A DNA stretch of 64,000 bases, taken from the NCBI GenBank assembly GCA_017499595.2, contig CM039006.1, forward strand, positions 744,001 to 808,000, in the 5' to 3' direction. Position numbers and translations under genes: made by a program. Of the stretch, positions 46,154 through 59,457 are shown one piece after another. Under the pieces are notes generated by a model, which was given only the letters and a program-made list of their open reading frames with translations, had not been told where the DNA came from and searched no databases. Position 1 is the first letter of the stretch. Each line of letters starts with the position of its first letter. The stretch is from Psilocybe cubensis. Its lineage: Eukaryota.

Positions 46154-46192
46154 GGGGGTGTGTGTTGACATATAACTCTCTATTTACCCATG

Positions 46193-46264
46193 GGTTATGT
46201 AGCTCAGTGGTAGAGCATTGGCATATATAGCCGGGAGTCACTGGTTCAACTCCAGTCCTGACTG
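46193..46264 (+). ncRNA. tRNA-like / pseudo-tRNA unit with Pol III A and B boxes
   Basis: 72-nt cloverleaf: GGTTATG/CCTGACT (one mismatch), A box TAGCTCAGTGG, T arm ACTGG-TTCAACT-CCAGT, non-canonical anticodon loop ATATATA, TTTT at 46269-46272. Confidence 0.75.
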
Positions 46265-49200
46265 TATCTTTTCCGTCATCACCTGATTGAGTGATTCTAA
46301 TAGTATTCAAATATGATATAGGAGGACTGACAAATCTATGAGAAACAATGCATCCACATTTTTCCAGAGCTTTTTGGGCAGATAAATGGCAAACAATGTG
46401 CCCACAAGCTGTAATTTGAATGTCAGTAACAAGTACAGGATAATAAATAACTCAATGATCATTAGTTCTCAAACCAACTGGAAAATCGCAGATGAACTTG
46501 AAGCAAATAATGGAATAAACTCAGTTATTACCGGCCCGCCTCGTGACATTGTGCTGAGTTCAAATTCAAAGTCTTCTGAATCTTAATTCCAATTGTATAT
46601 CTCATTTTACGCAACAAATTCAATGTAGCAATTACGAGCATGACTCCGTAGTTTTTATTCAAACGTAAGCGTACTCATGTTTAGCAGCTTGTGAAATTTA
46701 TGATTGGGAAAATTGCCACCCTCAATGCGGCACTGGCCGCACATTCAAGCTCAGTCGAATTCCAACCCCAAGCACTGTCTGGGGTCCCGCCCGGCATGCC
46801 AACAACCAAACGTTCGGTGCAAGGCGGCATTGCCTTGGGGTATTTTCTGCATCTGATTTCTGCCTTCGATTGCATTGCATTTATCGAGTCCTATTCTATC
46901 ACATCATAAATGGATATGATGAAAGGTCTCAATCTGGTGCTTCGTGATTGCTCGCCCGGGATCAGGTATTATTCTTTGGCTTGAAAGGGGAACTACGTGT
47001 TGACCGCCCTTATTTGCTGATTTTGGTGCACCTACCCATCATGATTTGCTTTTATTACCTCTGATGATTCTATCTCTCCAACTTGTATTTGCCTTATCAT
47101 ACTCTCTCGGTCCACCGCTCCGGCGCTGTGTCATAACTCTGATTAGTTATTTTCACTATCAGTAGACTTGACAATTTACCGTTTTTCTATTGCTTCGCTT
47201 GAGTGGGTTACCGAGTTCGACTTTGTTTGATTTTTTGAATGTTACGAAGGAGCGCGGTGCTGTGTTTCGTAATTGACGTGGTTACTTATGAGCCGACATT
47301 CTGAGTGAATTCTCTCAGTTGAGCGCCAACGCGAAATCATCCTTCAATATGTTTGAGTTTCAACTTGATGATTTTTTTAATTAAGGCTGTGTATAAGGCG
47401 TCTCAAATCCATCACCCGGAGATATTCTGAGTAGGTGAGGAGTAAGGCGTATACGAGCGTACATGTTACTACACGATCCACTTCAAAGTTCAAAGTTCAG
47501 GGTGCTTTTAGAACTCAATAACGTCTTGTCGGATTTTCTGGATACCATACTGCGCAGTAGGTCCACTTGCGCACGGTACTGGTATCATTCATATCATGAA
47601 TCATGATCATGGAGATTGATGTTGTATATTCTTGGTTATCGTTGAGACCCACATTATATACTAGTTCTCTTATATGGCAAGGTCTCAGACAGCGAGTCGG
47701 CGATTAGACTGTGCTTGAAGCCCAAAAACGTTACGCTCTGCGCAAGGACTTGTGAATGCAACTGAGCAGTACAACTCCTTTCTTCAAGTCAATTCAACTT
47801 GTCAAAAATAACTCTGGCTTGGCTAGCTTGCTGCCTGCAAGAACCGGCTTTCATACACTCCTACCCTTTGTGAAACATCCACCAGCCACGCTTTGTATAG
47901 CGACCCGCTTCACTTCGCAAGGTTCTCAGTGACACTGACGCTGACACCATGCTTCACAACATATCCCTGAGCTGGAATCTAATGAATAATATTAACTGTT
48001 GATGCACCGGAGCGGACCCCGGTACAACCTGAACATACAAGTAGTAGTACCCACCAGCACCTCGACAACTCCTCAACACCCCATTCGTGCGGGCAACTCA
48101 AAAACTTCGGATAGTAGAGTCCGATACTGCTCCGTCATCCCCAAGTATTCCCAAGTCGTGCGACCACATATGACAGGATTCAGAACGATCGAGTGAGCGT
48201 GTCTGCTGCTACTGAGCTACTCACACCGATTGGAAATATTCATCTGGCTCTTGAAGGCGAGGTGTGTTCACTTCAGTTGTATAGAACCGGACAACACACC
48301 GTGTCCAATTCGAGCATTGTATATCTGACCCTTCATCGGAATTTCATTAGTCACACACCTCTCAGACTCGCCGTACATGCCCATTGGCATATTAATAGGA
48401 CAGTATAGCAATATAGAGGTTGACCACGACGCACTTAAAGTTAGCCCTGGTTTCGAATCCAATTCAACGGACTCCTCCAGATATCCAGCTCCAGTATGAT
48501 AATCACGCGGGATACGGGATGTCCACGGAGTCACGATCATGATCATATTCTGGGAAACGGACTTCCCAGTTCCCACTACAAACTCCAATAATCACATATC
48601 GTACTCGCTGGAAGTATCCACTTGCCCAACGAGCCATATGCCGGGGTACTGCTCTCACACAGTATGGGTATGAGAGAGCAGAGAGAAAAGAGGTAACAAT
48701 GAATTGAACGAGCACAGACGCACCTGGTATCCACGGTGTACACTGAAACTCGACCTTTCCGAATCCCGATTCACCGACAAGCACAAGTACTAGGACTGAC
48801 TGAGGATTCGGGAGTCAAGAGAAGCACGCTTTTAATTCCCCCATGCACTTCCCCACACTTCCTGGCATTGCCCTAACCCTATCCCTGGAGAAGAGATCAA
48901 TGATAGGCAGTCAAATGCCGTGCACTGAAGCTAGACGATTCTTTCCCCTGGGTGAGTCCCCCTGGAGCTTCTGATTCTGTCTTCTTTCTTCTTGCTGACG
49001 AGAAGAAGCTAAATAACATGCCCCAGTCTCCAGCTGACCGGAGCGACAGCATGAATTTTGGAAGGACTGCTGGCACCTTTGTATGTTGGGCTGCAATCCA
49101 CTATCTTTGACTCGATTTAGGCATGCCGACGCCATCTCAATCTACTTTACCATGGCATAGCACGGCACAACGACGCAAGTAGGGTATTGGGCATGGACTC

Positions 49201-50144
49201 CTTTTTTGTTATTAGCAACGAAGTTTTGAAAGGCAATCGGTCGTGCCTTGGGATAGCATGACCATCCAACGTCGATGTTCGACAATCATATGACCGCATA
49301 CAGCACAGTAGAATACGCGCAAATTCCAAATAGGCATGCGTGCGTGTGCGCATGACGCCAAACCAAAGGAAAGTGTTATCGGCTGGAGAGATAGCAAGCT
49401 GCAAGGCCCGAATGTCTGCTTGGGGAGCGGGGCGGCCTGGTGTGATGGTTAAATGGTTGGAAGAAGCATACGCGTCATTCTGCGACATTATTTCCAAGCT
49501 GGACGCTGAGGATGCCGCGAGTCCTAGAAGGACGTGTTTCGTGGGATTCATGGAACGTCATGGCACATTGGGACCGTGGCGGACCACCCCATAATTGAAG
49601 AGATCCTGAAAATGCGTGAATGGAAGACTCGGAGGATTTGACCTACCCTAGAAATAGTATGCTTCGACTCTCAGGAGGGAAAAGATAAATCTGACAATGG
49701 AAACAAAGGATCAAAGGATCTTGTTGAACGACGGGGCACTCAAGTGGGATGGATGGTGGCTCAGTTTGCAAATTATACAACCGTCATCCTGCCCTTTTTC
49801 CTGTGATGGAGCGCACGACATCTAACGGTTATCGAGGAGCCATGATCCATAAGAATCCTGACAACACAAGAAAACACAGATAAAATGCCCGTGTGCAGGC
49901 AGTCAGGAAGTTGCTTATTGTCTTCATCGCCGGTAGAACAGGTGTATAGAAGGGTGGACAAAGTAAGGAGATGGTTCATGAGCTTGCAGAAAAATACGAG
50001 ATTTCGACTGTAAATTTCCTTCAAATTCAAACGGCTTATATTCTAAGAAGTTTACAAAGTCACAGTGCACAACGATAATAGTAACTGACACACCGACAAT
50101 ATAAATAGAAAGATCTTTTGCACGCAATCGATGATTTTTCGTGT

Positions 50145-51156
50145 TCAGCTACCCAGCCGCCTTCCACTTCCCCAAGTGTGTCCTGAAGGATTCCCCGCCT
50201 CTGCAGCTTGTCGTGGTGCTGTAACGTAAATTCCACCGCGGGCCAGACTCTGCGCAGTACCTCCAGCCGCTGGGGGCGGCCCTGCTTGGTTCGTCTGTCC
50301 CATCAAATTGCACAACCAGCGTGGCGCCCTTGCTCTGTTGCTCAACACTCCGCGAGAGGCCATTTCTCCGCCCCAAACAGTCCACCACCAAAGATGGCCA
50401 ACAACAGCGCCGGCCACGGACAACGCTGCCACCTGAGGACCGCCTGAAAGGAGGTCAAATGCAATAAGGATGTATGGGTAGTATATCACTGGAACGGTGA
50501 CAAGACCCATGATGGATGTCATGGTCGATGGAGGGGCGAGGGCGGCGTATACGTAAACGAGGCATAATAGGAAGGGTCGGGTGAAAATAGAAGGCGAGAA
50601 CGGCCACGTCGTGAACTGGATGAGGGTTCATGGCTCAGGGTCAGTTGGTCATTAAATTTCAGAAAGTACGCATACGATGATAGCAACACACGCCCAGATG
50701 AGTTGGTAGGCATAGTCAGCGGATCGCAAGAAATACGCCTTGGTTTCAATGTCGTTCGAAGTGCGACTAATAGAAAAAATCAGTTAGTGGGGCACGAGGA
50801 GTAAGAATGAACGCAACTATAGCATCATAAGCTCAAATATGTACATCAGCCCTCCACCTGAGATTCAGGTATTTGGATAATGAGCATGAAATTGAACTGC
50901 GACGCAAATACACTCGCCTCCTACAAAGAAAGACGACCATAGACGCCAAAGCTACCAACAATAGGCTTCAATCCAATTCCTGCAATGTAAATGATGTGCA
51001 TACCTGAAATTTCGGGTATATAAAATTCCATCGGAAGGCTACTGAGTAGAACGAAACAGTGTTTAAAATCAAAGAGAGAGTCACCACCAGTGAAGATCCA
51101 CAAATGAATCTAGTCACTGGGGGAATTTTCTTGATCTCGGCAATGATTTGGTCCAT
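50145..51156 (-). CDS. Derlin (Der1/Dfm1-like ERAD rhomboid pseudoprotease), multi-exon
   Basis: IPPVTRF N-terminus, QLWRLWSSFF WR motif, GAVVGHLWW, and a C-terminal SHP-box-like WGSGRRLG. Confidence 0.92.
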
Positions 51157-51487
51157 TGTATTGAAATATTAGAAGGATTCAATTCGTATCACAGGTGCAT
51201 CCAGTATTCTCTTTGGGAAAGGGCAGGAATTGGGAGGTGTAAAGGAAGATTTGAGGGATGGGTGAACACGCAGTTCACAGCCACGTAATACGATGCGTGT
51301 CTGTGACAGTCGCGCCGTGACGAATACGGCAATTACCGCGATGGGATCACGGATGTTTCCGTCTTTGCCTTGGCCACGGGGCGGGGTAAGTCACCGAATA
51401 TTGCTGTTCTGAAAATTGAAAGACTATTTGTGTTTAAATGAAATATATAGAAAGAGGGTAAAATATTCATATAACGTATGATGTATG

Positions 51488-53135
51488 CTATTGTAATCTC
51501 TGACATGCCCCTGGCAGCATTCTTTGTTCTCTCATTGCACGGAGGACTGGGTCTTGGCCGAATTCGTCTCCAGTTAAATACTTGCTGGTCTCCGTTGTGG
51601 CGAGCCGTTGGTTGCGACCGAATTTTATAGTTGTTCTATCCCCTTCTATCACTACAGCGGATGTTTTGAATTCCCAGTCTCGCAGATGGATGAGAAACCT
51701 TGCAGTCATTACGCCGGAGACTCTGTGGTGTGATATCTAAGCACAATGCAAAGAGTTTCACCACAATAAAAACTTACGGTAACGTGAGAGCATTTAATAG
51801 TCCTTGGAAAGTTGATCCAGGCTTGTGATGTAAGACGTTAATCACTGAATTACCTTTGCAGAAGACGGCATTACTGACTGGCTCCGTCTGCAAGGAGTAA
51901 TCTTCTTCAGTGACTCTTTCAATAAGTGATAATCACGTAACCAACGTACATAAAGTAATACCATTGCAGAGGTGGAAAACGCTATGACGCAACTGATAAA
52001 TAAAAAACGATAATCAGCTAGACAGTTCGCGCATTCGATTATTTTCCTACATAAAATACAGTAGTCCTTCTTGAAATCAGTATTGCTGAAGTTAAGTTGA
52101 AGTTATAAATCTCACCTTCTCGAATTACTATCTCCATCAATGTTTCTCGTCTTTGCTTCTCTCCAGTCTCCCATGTCCAAATGACGCGCAACGCTTTCCA
52201 GCTTCGAATCGACGTCAACAACACCGATATGATCTCATAGACAACCATAAAAATTGAAAGCAGAAGAGAAGCTAGTTTACGGGATGATTAATCTGCACGG
52301 TTTTAGTGAGCAAACTGAAGGCCATCACATACCTCTGAAGTATTATAATTGAGCGTTATGGAGGTCAATATATACGAGGAGTATTTTGGCAATCTCACTT
52401 TGGATTTCCGTTACTACCCTCACATGAAACCCATTTTACATGCACCTGTGCCCAAATGAGCCTTTGGCTTTGGAAGGACTTAACATAACCATGCATACCG
52501 CATCCAAGCCTATGATTGCCAACCCGAGAGGAACAAATATCAACAGTATATGCTTGTTCGCGTTATATACGGCGTAAGTTCTTGCTCCCCATACGACTGT
52601 AGATAGACAAAATTAAACTCTATAAAATTGATTGATATAATCCTCTTACTAAGGATGGCGGAGCGCCCAATTACACTCAATGCTGAACATATCTTATATA
52701 CAAGATCACAACTAAACATTGGAATTGAGTGAGATATTTTCCTTTAGATGTTTGGAGTAATCACTGTAAATACGTTAGACAACGGTTTAAATAGACAACA
52801 AGATTCATACCCTTCCAGAAGGAAATTTGTCATCTAAAGCCAAGGTAAATATGATGTTGGACACTAAGGCATAACGGCAGGCGATGTATAAAGCCGTAGT
52901 AGCCTTCAACTTCTTGCCCCAGAAGTAGTTCACTTCTCGAGTCCAAGTTAGTGCATAGTCGTAAAGGATTAGCGCTGTGATCGTGAGAGATGATGTCGGA
53001 TATCCGTCCAGATCAAGAACGAGAACACTGACCCAGGCTTGAATACTGGATAGACAACTTGACGAGGCTATCTTCTCTCAGATTAACATTGCAAAAAATA
53101 TGAGAAAGGAGTGCATACCGCTTTTGGTCTACCAT
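51488..53135 (-). CDS. Multi-pass membrane protein, DUF6533-like agaricomycete family, many exons
   Basis: Spliced N-terminus IQYSSLALILYDYALTWTREVNYFW...LYIACRY, later RTYAVY, IVIREG, MTARFLIHLR. Start at 53135 is inferred. Confidence 0.78.
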
Positions 53136-54856
53136 CGCTTTTCAAGGAGAGACGTTAGTCGCCTGGAGGCAAGGAAAACCATTTGAACTGCGAGGTCCCC
53201 TATAAGTAGACCTACGAAGTGTCTAAAGTGGTGATGGGAATTCACATCGATTTAGTGCATGGTTAGTCATATAGATTTTGCAGAAGACCAACATGCTCAT
53301 TGGCTCTCAGGCACATTTATCCGTGAACGCTGGCCTCATTTGAGGATATAATTAACCAGCCGGTTCGTCCGGAAAGCATGTCCTGAAATGTCCAGGGATA
53401 TTAGGATCTCAGGTAAATGACCTCCGGATCCCGATATGTGGTAAACCCCTGTATACTTGTATCTAACCAGAAGGGAAGTTTAGTCTATCTTATCTTCAAG
53501 GTTGTAATGAAACCTATTCTGTGACACTGTCAAAATAGAAAAATAGTTGAACTTCTAATAATGATGCCCAAATTATTAACCGTGTAGATATAGGTGCAAG
53601 AAATGCAATTACCTGCGGTAGACAAGGTCAGTTACCCTTGCGCTAATGTAGGCAATGGCCCACTACCACTGACGCATCGGAACGAAGATAACCAATTAGA
53701 TATTTTGTACCTCTCACCCTTCATGCTTCTAGCGTCACATCCAAATATGAAATGACATGCGCAGGGTAAGCGGAAAAATTGCAAAAATATACCTCTGTGT
53801 CTTCATCTCATTTAAGTTATATCGTAGCGAATCAGCTTCCACCTTATTCGCAACACTGAGGAGAATTGAATTGGATGTTCCCCAGAGGTAATCCTTTTGT
53901 CCAGGCATGACCAATCCACGGTGCCACCTTAAGGGATGGACCTGGAGGACCCTTGACTTTATACTCAACTGGTGTCTATTGGTGTGGTTAGAATAGGAAC
54001 TATTGTAATGTCTCCAAATCACTTACTATATTGATATCTTTAATATCAATATCTAATTTGCGATGAGTGCAGATTAGCGCCGAGGTGCCAACTGACACCC
54101 TATAGCTATTCTTCTAAATAAACAACATGTTTAACAACGTGGTCTCGTCAAAATGATGCTCGGGATAGTTCCCGAAGAAAAGGATATGAAATGAATGAAT
54201 CAACGTTTTCTCACTGTCCCCTTTACTGACCCTTTGAGGGTCATATTTCAGCTCATGTGGCATGTAATGATTAGAAATGATGGCAGATAAAATATGCACA
54301 ATATGTACATGTACAGCTGTCTTAATCAGCCGTGCCATTAGAGCACATGAAATATAGATTCATTGGTAAATGATTGACTCTTGAATGATAGAATAATGAG
54401 GAGATGGCGCGCAGAGACAACGTGCTGAACCCCCCAGCGCTATCGTCAAGGCCAGCCAGTTGACGCGAACCGGTTGCATGAGATCTTATTAATTGAGTTC
54501 GTTTGGCTTCATCACGTATTGTGACTGCCCAATAAAAGAGGAAAAGCTTACAAAGTGCGATTATAATGGCAAGTATGGTGATCCTGGCGAAGAAACTGAA
54601 ACATGCACAAACGGCACAATCTGTCCAATGCTGTGCACGATTCTTTGAATTGTCAGAATATGCATAATGTTCAAAAGATCCGGACATGGCGTTCTTGCGT
54701 CGAAGTATTAGAACACATGGAAGAAAGCATGCCTCACGTCTCAAGCCAAAGGTATTGCTGAGTAAAGTAGCTTGATAATTAGTACACATAATTCAAAAAT
54801 CCCTAATGCCCAAAAATAATGAAAAATAGAATATGTAGCAACAGATCAAACCCATA

Positions 54857-57786
54857 TTAGGGTGTGTCCATCGCTCTTTTAGCAGAACTGGTTATGTCAT
54901 GCAATGATTCTACATCTCATGTCAGTTAAATGGTGTTGACTAAACGAGGTCAACGTACTTTCAACTTCAGAAAGCAACTGGTCCTAAAATGACCATCGGT
55001 ATGTCGTCAGAATGTCGTGTATCAGCGTTCTAGCGGGCAAACACGCACCAAATTGATAGGAGAAGAGAAAGGAACACCTGAAATATCATTGGCTGCTTCA
55101 GGCGGAGGTACGGCATTTTTATCGGAAGTGAGTCTCGCAAGGAGAGTGCGTATGCTTTCAGCATGCTTCAAGACTTGTTGTGGCAGAATGTCCATTTCAC
55201 CCTTCGCCTGTCGCTGCTGCAACATGCTCGCAACAGCCGTCGATCCAATCTGAAGCCCTGTAGAAGCAGCCACGCTAGGTCCTCGACTTCTTCCGATCCG
55301 TGGCGTGTTTGCACATGCTGGAAACGTGTTCAAACCGTTCCCGAAAGAGATAGCAGATGGTCTGCGAGGTGCAACAGAATAATCGTCTGGTATTTCTGTA
55401 ATGTCATTAGAGTCGTAAAGCCGGGGCGGCGGTCTCGCCAAATCCTCACTAATTATCGTCGATTCCTGTATAACTTCAGACTTGATCATACTTTTATATT
55501 GATTTGAGTATGCTTCAGCGAGAACTATACAGAGAACGGTGGGTAAAGTTATCATCTAATCAATTAATGGAGCCTTACTAGATATCAGGATCGTCATTGT
55601 TCCAACACCAAGAAGAGCCCAAACTACAAATATCGATCGACCTGCTGGAGTTTTAGGTGCAAGGTCCCCTATGTTATGGCGAGGGTGAGATTGAATATAT
55701 GTCGTAAATTGATTAACTTGCCATATCCAACGGTAGTGAAAGAAATAAAGCCTGAGCATTCCATATGTCATTTGCAATAGGGACAATGAAAGGGGGATGA
55801 AACTCACAGAAATATACAGCGGATCCGAATGCCCATCCCTCTGTATGCATAAAAATAGCCGATCCAGCCTGTAAAACATTTGTTAATGTCCATGGCAATA
55901 AGCAACGAAAAGGATTTACCATCCAGAAAAGCATAAATAGCGTCAATGCGACCGTGAGCCTGGCACGAAATGCATTCCGTCGTTCAATCTCCAGTGATTC
56001 TGCCAGTGTTGTTTCGTCCTCTATAAAGGTCGTCATAGTCATTGTCCGTGAAAATGGTACACCCAGGCCAGTCGGCGTCGGGTCGCCATCTTTATCCACT
56101 GCGCCAAGATCAGCTTCACCGTCTTGATCCACAAAGGTTGCTGCGGTTTGTGGTTCCAGAGTATATTCAAATCCCCCAGCCATGGCGACAGCAAATTTTC
56201 CTAGTAATGAAACCATTCCTCCAATACGAACATGGGTAAGTGAGGGAGGGATACCCGTTCCACTTACGGTTGAATCAAAGCGAGGAAAAGTAGGACCGTG
56301 ACCCCCATCAGACTGAGATCCATCTCTGAGCTTCAGTCCCTTTGGTACTAACTCAGAGAGTGGTGCTCCCGCCTCCAGAGCTGCAGTTTCTAGCTGCGCT
56401 TCCGTCAACACTTCCAAATTCAACCTCCTGTGACCTGGGCCATAGACATACTTCCACGCAGGGTCTTCCCATTCCCTCCACACCTCGTCCCAGATCTTCC
56501 GCCACATATGGCAGACGGCGGAGTACCAGTGATGGTGCAGTTTTTCCCCGACGCGTAGTCGTCGCTCTTCATCGCGATCGTTGATCCACATTGGCTGACC
56601 TTGGGCGCGGAGCCGCCAGCGCACGGCAGCGCGCCACCGGCTCCGGATATGTCGCTCGCGCTGACGCGTTTCTGCTGCTCTCAGACGAGTACGGAACCCG
56701 ACCGCGGCGGATTCGAGCAAGGCTTCACGTGAGAGGGCAACCGCTAGAGCAAGGTTAAGAATTCCTCCGGCGATGTAGAAGCACGTAAAGATGCGTGTGC
56801 CTGTAGTTAATGGATGGAGGTCACCGAATCCTAAATCGTGGTCAGAGGGACGAGGTTAGCTGGGAGAAGAGAAATACTAACCGACGGTTTCGATTGAAAC
56901 AACAGAGAAGTATAGGGCGTCGATAAATGTTATATTTAGCATGATAGCCAGTATAAGGGACCCGATGGATACGTAGCAAAGCAATACAATAACAATAATG
57001 ACCAGAGAGCGTTGCTTATGTGTTAGTCCGCTTCCTATAATTGAGCGGTATGAGGCGTCAGTTATGATCATGTTTTATCCTTGCTATCACGTACCAGAAT
57101 GTATAAAATCCTTTGTTTGATAATAGTCGGTAATGAGGGTAATATTTGTAGCCGTAGAGGCAATTGTGGAGCAGACAGTGAACCAAAATGACTGCCCATA
57201 AGTAAATCCGTCGTCAAATCGGTGCTCAACACCGAATATTGTAACGGCAGGTATGTTTATAAGATCTAAGATTGAATTGAAGTGTCAGAAAAGTCTTGAA
57301 CGGGATCACACTTCTGACTGACTGACCGTGAAGCGTCAAGAACACGATGCACAAGAATGTCATTAAGCGTATGTGCCTCTCAGCAAATCGAACCACGAGG
57401 CATGCACTGGCAAGAACGCCACATCCCATGCTCAACCCCATGGCGGCATCGAGAAGAGGGGGATTTGGTCGAGTTTCCAGAAGGACGCTGTCGTCGCCCG
57501 TACGAATATACCAGTGCCCGGTCAGACTAGGAATAGAAAGCATGATGGAGAAGGGTATCATGATTCCAGAAAATATGGGAAGCAAACGATAAGTGTGGGT
57601 GTCAGGAAGTTTCGAGTCGTCCAGAAAGACAGATTCTCCAGAGAGTGGAATGCTGGTTGGTTTACTCTGGAGAGGAGTGCTGGGGTCTTCTGTACGAGAA
57701 ACCTCCTCTTCGTTCTTCTCCACATCATCTACAGAAGGCTTTTCCGCCGAAAGAATATTGTGTATGACACTTGAAAGGACCAGCAT
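54857..57786 (-). CDS. TOK1: Two-pore-domain outward-rectifier K+ channel (TOK1-like), multi-exon
   Basis: FTYGQSFWF, GLTHKQRSL, pore 1 ALYFSVVSIETVGFGD, pore 2 FTTVGYGDLAP spliced across a GC-AG intron. Start 57786 and last exons are inferred. Confidence 0.9.
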
Positions 57787-58126
57787 TGTGATGTCCGTGA
57801 TTAACGTTTTCAAAAGTAGTGTTCAAAAATAGTGGGAAGTCCTCATAGTCAGGAGATAGCAGGAAAGCGGTGCTCTGTCCAGTCGTTTTTATAACCATGG
57901 TCTGAGTCGACATGATGTATTCGCACGACACTTTTTCCGAGAGGCCACAGGGGTGGATTAAGGTTGAATGGGGCTGAAGCAAGTTCAATTGAAGATCCGT
58001 TTGAGGCTCTGAGCAGCGCGGTAACGTGTCGGAGTTGAGTGCCGAGATGCCGAAAATGGAGATTTTAAGATAAGATATGCGTAAATTGTTTATTTGTTGC
58101 GGGAGCAGGCTTTGCACTCGACCTCA

Positions 58127-58862
58127 ATGGCAGATTCTACACAGGCTTCGTACAAAGCAGACTTAATCCAACATGCCATGGAGGTCGATGCCCTGAAATA
58201 CGGGTCATTCACCTTGAAGTCCGGGCGGTGCGTCAGACCTGTCTCGAATCATCAGTAATTACCAACATACGGATCCGTCTAGAATCTCCCCATATTTTTT
58301 TAACGCTGGGCTCCTGTCTACCGGACCTATCCTTGCTACGCTCGCGACAGCATACTCCTCTACCATTGCGCAAGCACTAAAAGATGGGTCATTCCCGGAA
58401 TTCGACGTCCTGTTTGGCCCCGCGTATAAAGGCATCCCATTCGCGTCGGGTGCTGCTATGGCCCTATACACACAACATGGAATTTCAGTTGGCTTTGCAT
58501 ACGATCGAAAAGAAGAAAAAGATCATGGAGAGGGCGGTAAAATGGTGGGAGTGCCCGTCAAAGGAAAGCGTGTGGTGATCCTCGACGACGTAATGACCTC
58601 GGGAAAGGCCGTACGTGGCGCCATCGAAACAGTTCGCCAAAATGGTGGCGAAGTGGTTGGTGTCGTTCAAGCCCTCGATCGACAAGAAGTTGGGCAGGAT
58701 GGTGTCAGTAGCACCGTGAAGGAGATAGAGGGTTTAATTGGCGAAGGCAGGGTCTTTTCTATCTTGACGATGAAGGATCTTATGACTTGGCTGGAAAGCA
58801 AGGGGCGAGTGAAGGAATTCGAGAGCTTACAGGCATACTGGGAGCAGTATGGTTTGAAGTGA
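58127..58862 (+). CDS. URA5: Orotate phosphoribosyltransferase (226 aa, one intron 58228-58282)
   Basis: FTLKSGRISPYFFNAG, LFGPAYKGIP, DRKEEKDHGEGG, and PRPP motif VILDDVMTSG. Exons 101+580 nt are in frame. Confidence 0.97.
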
Positions 58863-59457
58863 TATTCTGGCTGGAGAACCTTCCCATCTACCAAAACAAA
58901 CAAGTGTACGACTACGAATCAACAGCTCTTTGCGAGATTCTACCGCGAAAAAGCCAGTATAGATCAATCCCGCCTCCCAATTGTTATTTCTGCTAGGTAT
59001 TCACTGACTGGAACATTCCCCCCTCCGCTATATCCTTTTCTACTCCCAGAGATCTACACACAGTCAGATTGCTATAGGTTCAAACTTCAATTTTCTTACA
59101 ATTCATTGCTATTTTTTGCTGTTATTACATCCAAAATTCTCGTTTTTTGCAGGAGTATGTACTAGTAGTCAGTGTGATTTACTTTTGATATATAACAGAA
59201 ATCAGGAGTGACTTAGAATATGCTGGAGACAGTATACCCAAACGACATATATCAGGCAACAAAAAACTAAAACGACGCACAGACTGAAGGGAGAGCTTTC
59301 GAGAGTATGGAGGCCGTCTAAAATTAGCCGGAACCAGGAAAAGTTAAATTTAAATCCTGTGCTGTTGTTTGGTTCTTCTCTGGGATTAATTTGGTTGTAT
59401 ATGTCAAGAGTGTCTTTGCCAAACATCACCATAAACGTCTCCTCATCCTTGCCCACC

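Noticed and set aside
47900..49600. Minus-strand fragment VLVGESGFGKV resembling a Walker A motif
   Set aside because: It lacks the S/T after GK, no Walker B or other NTPase motif was found, and the exon structure could not be resolved.
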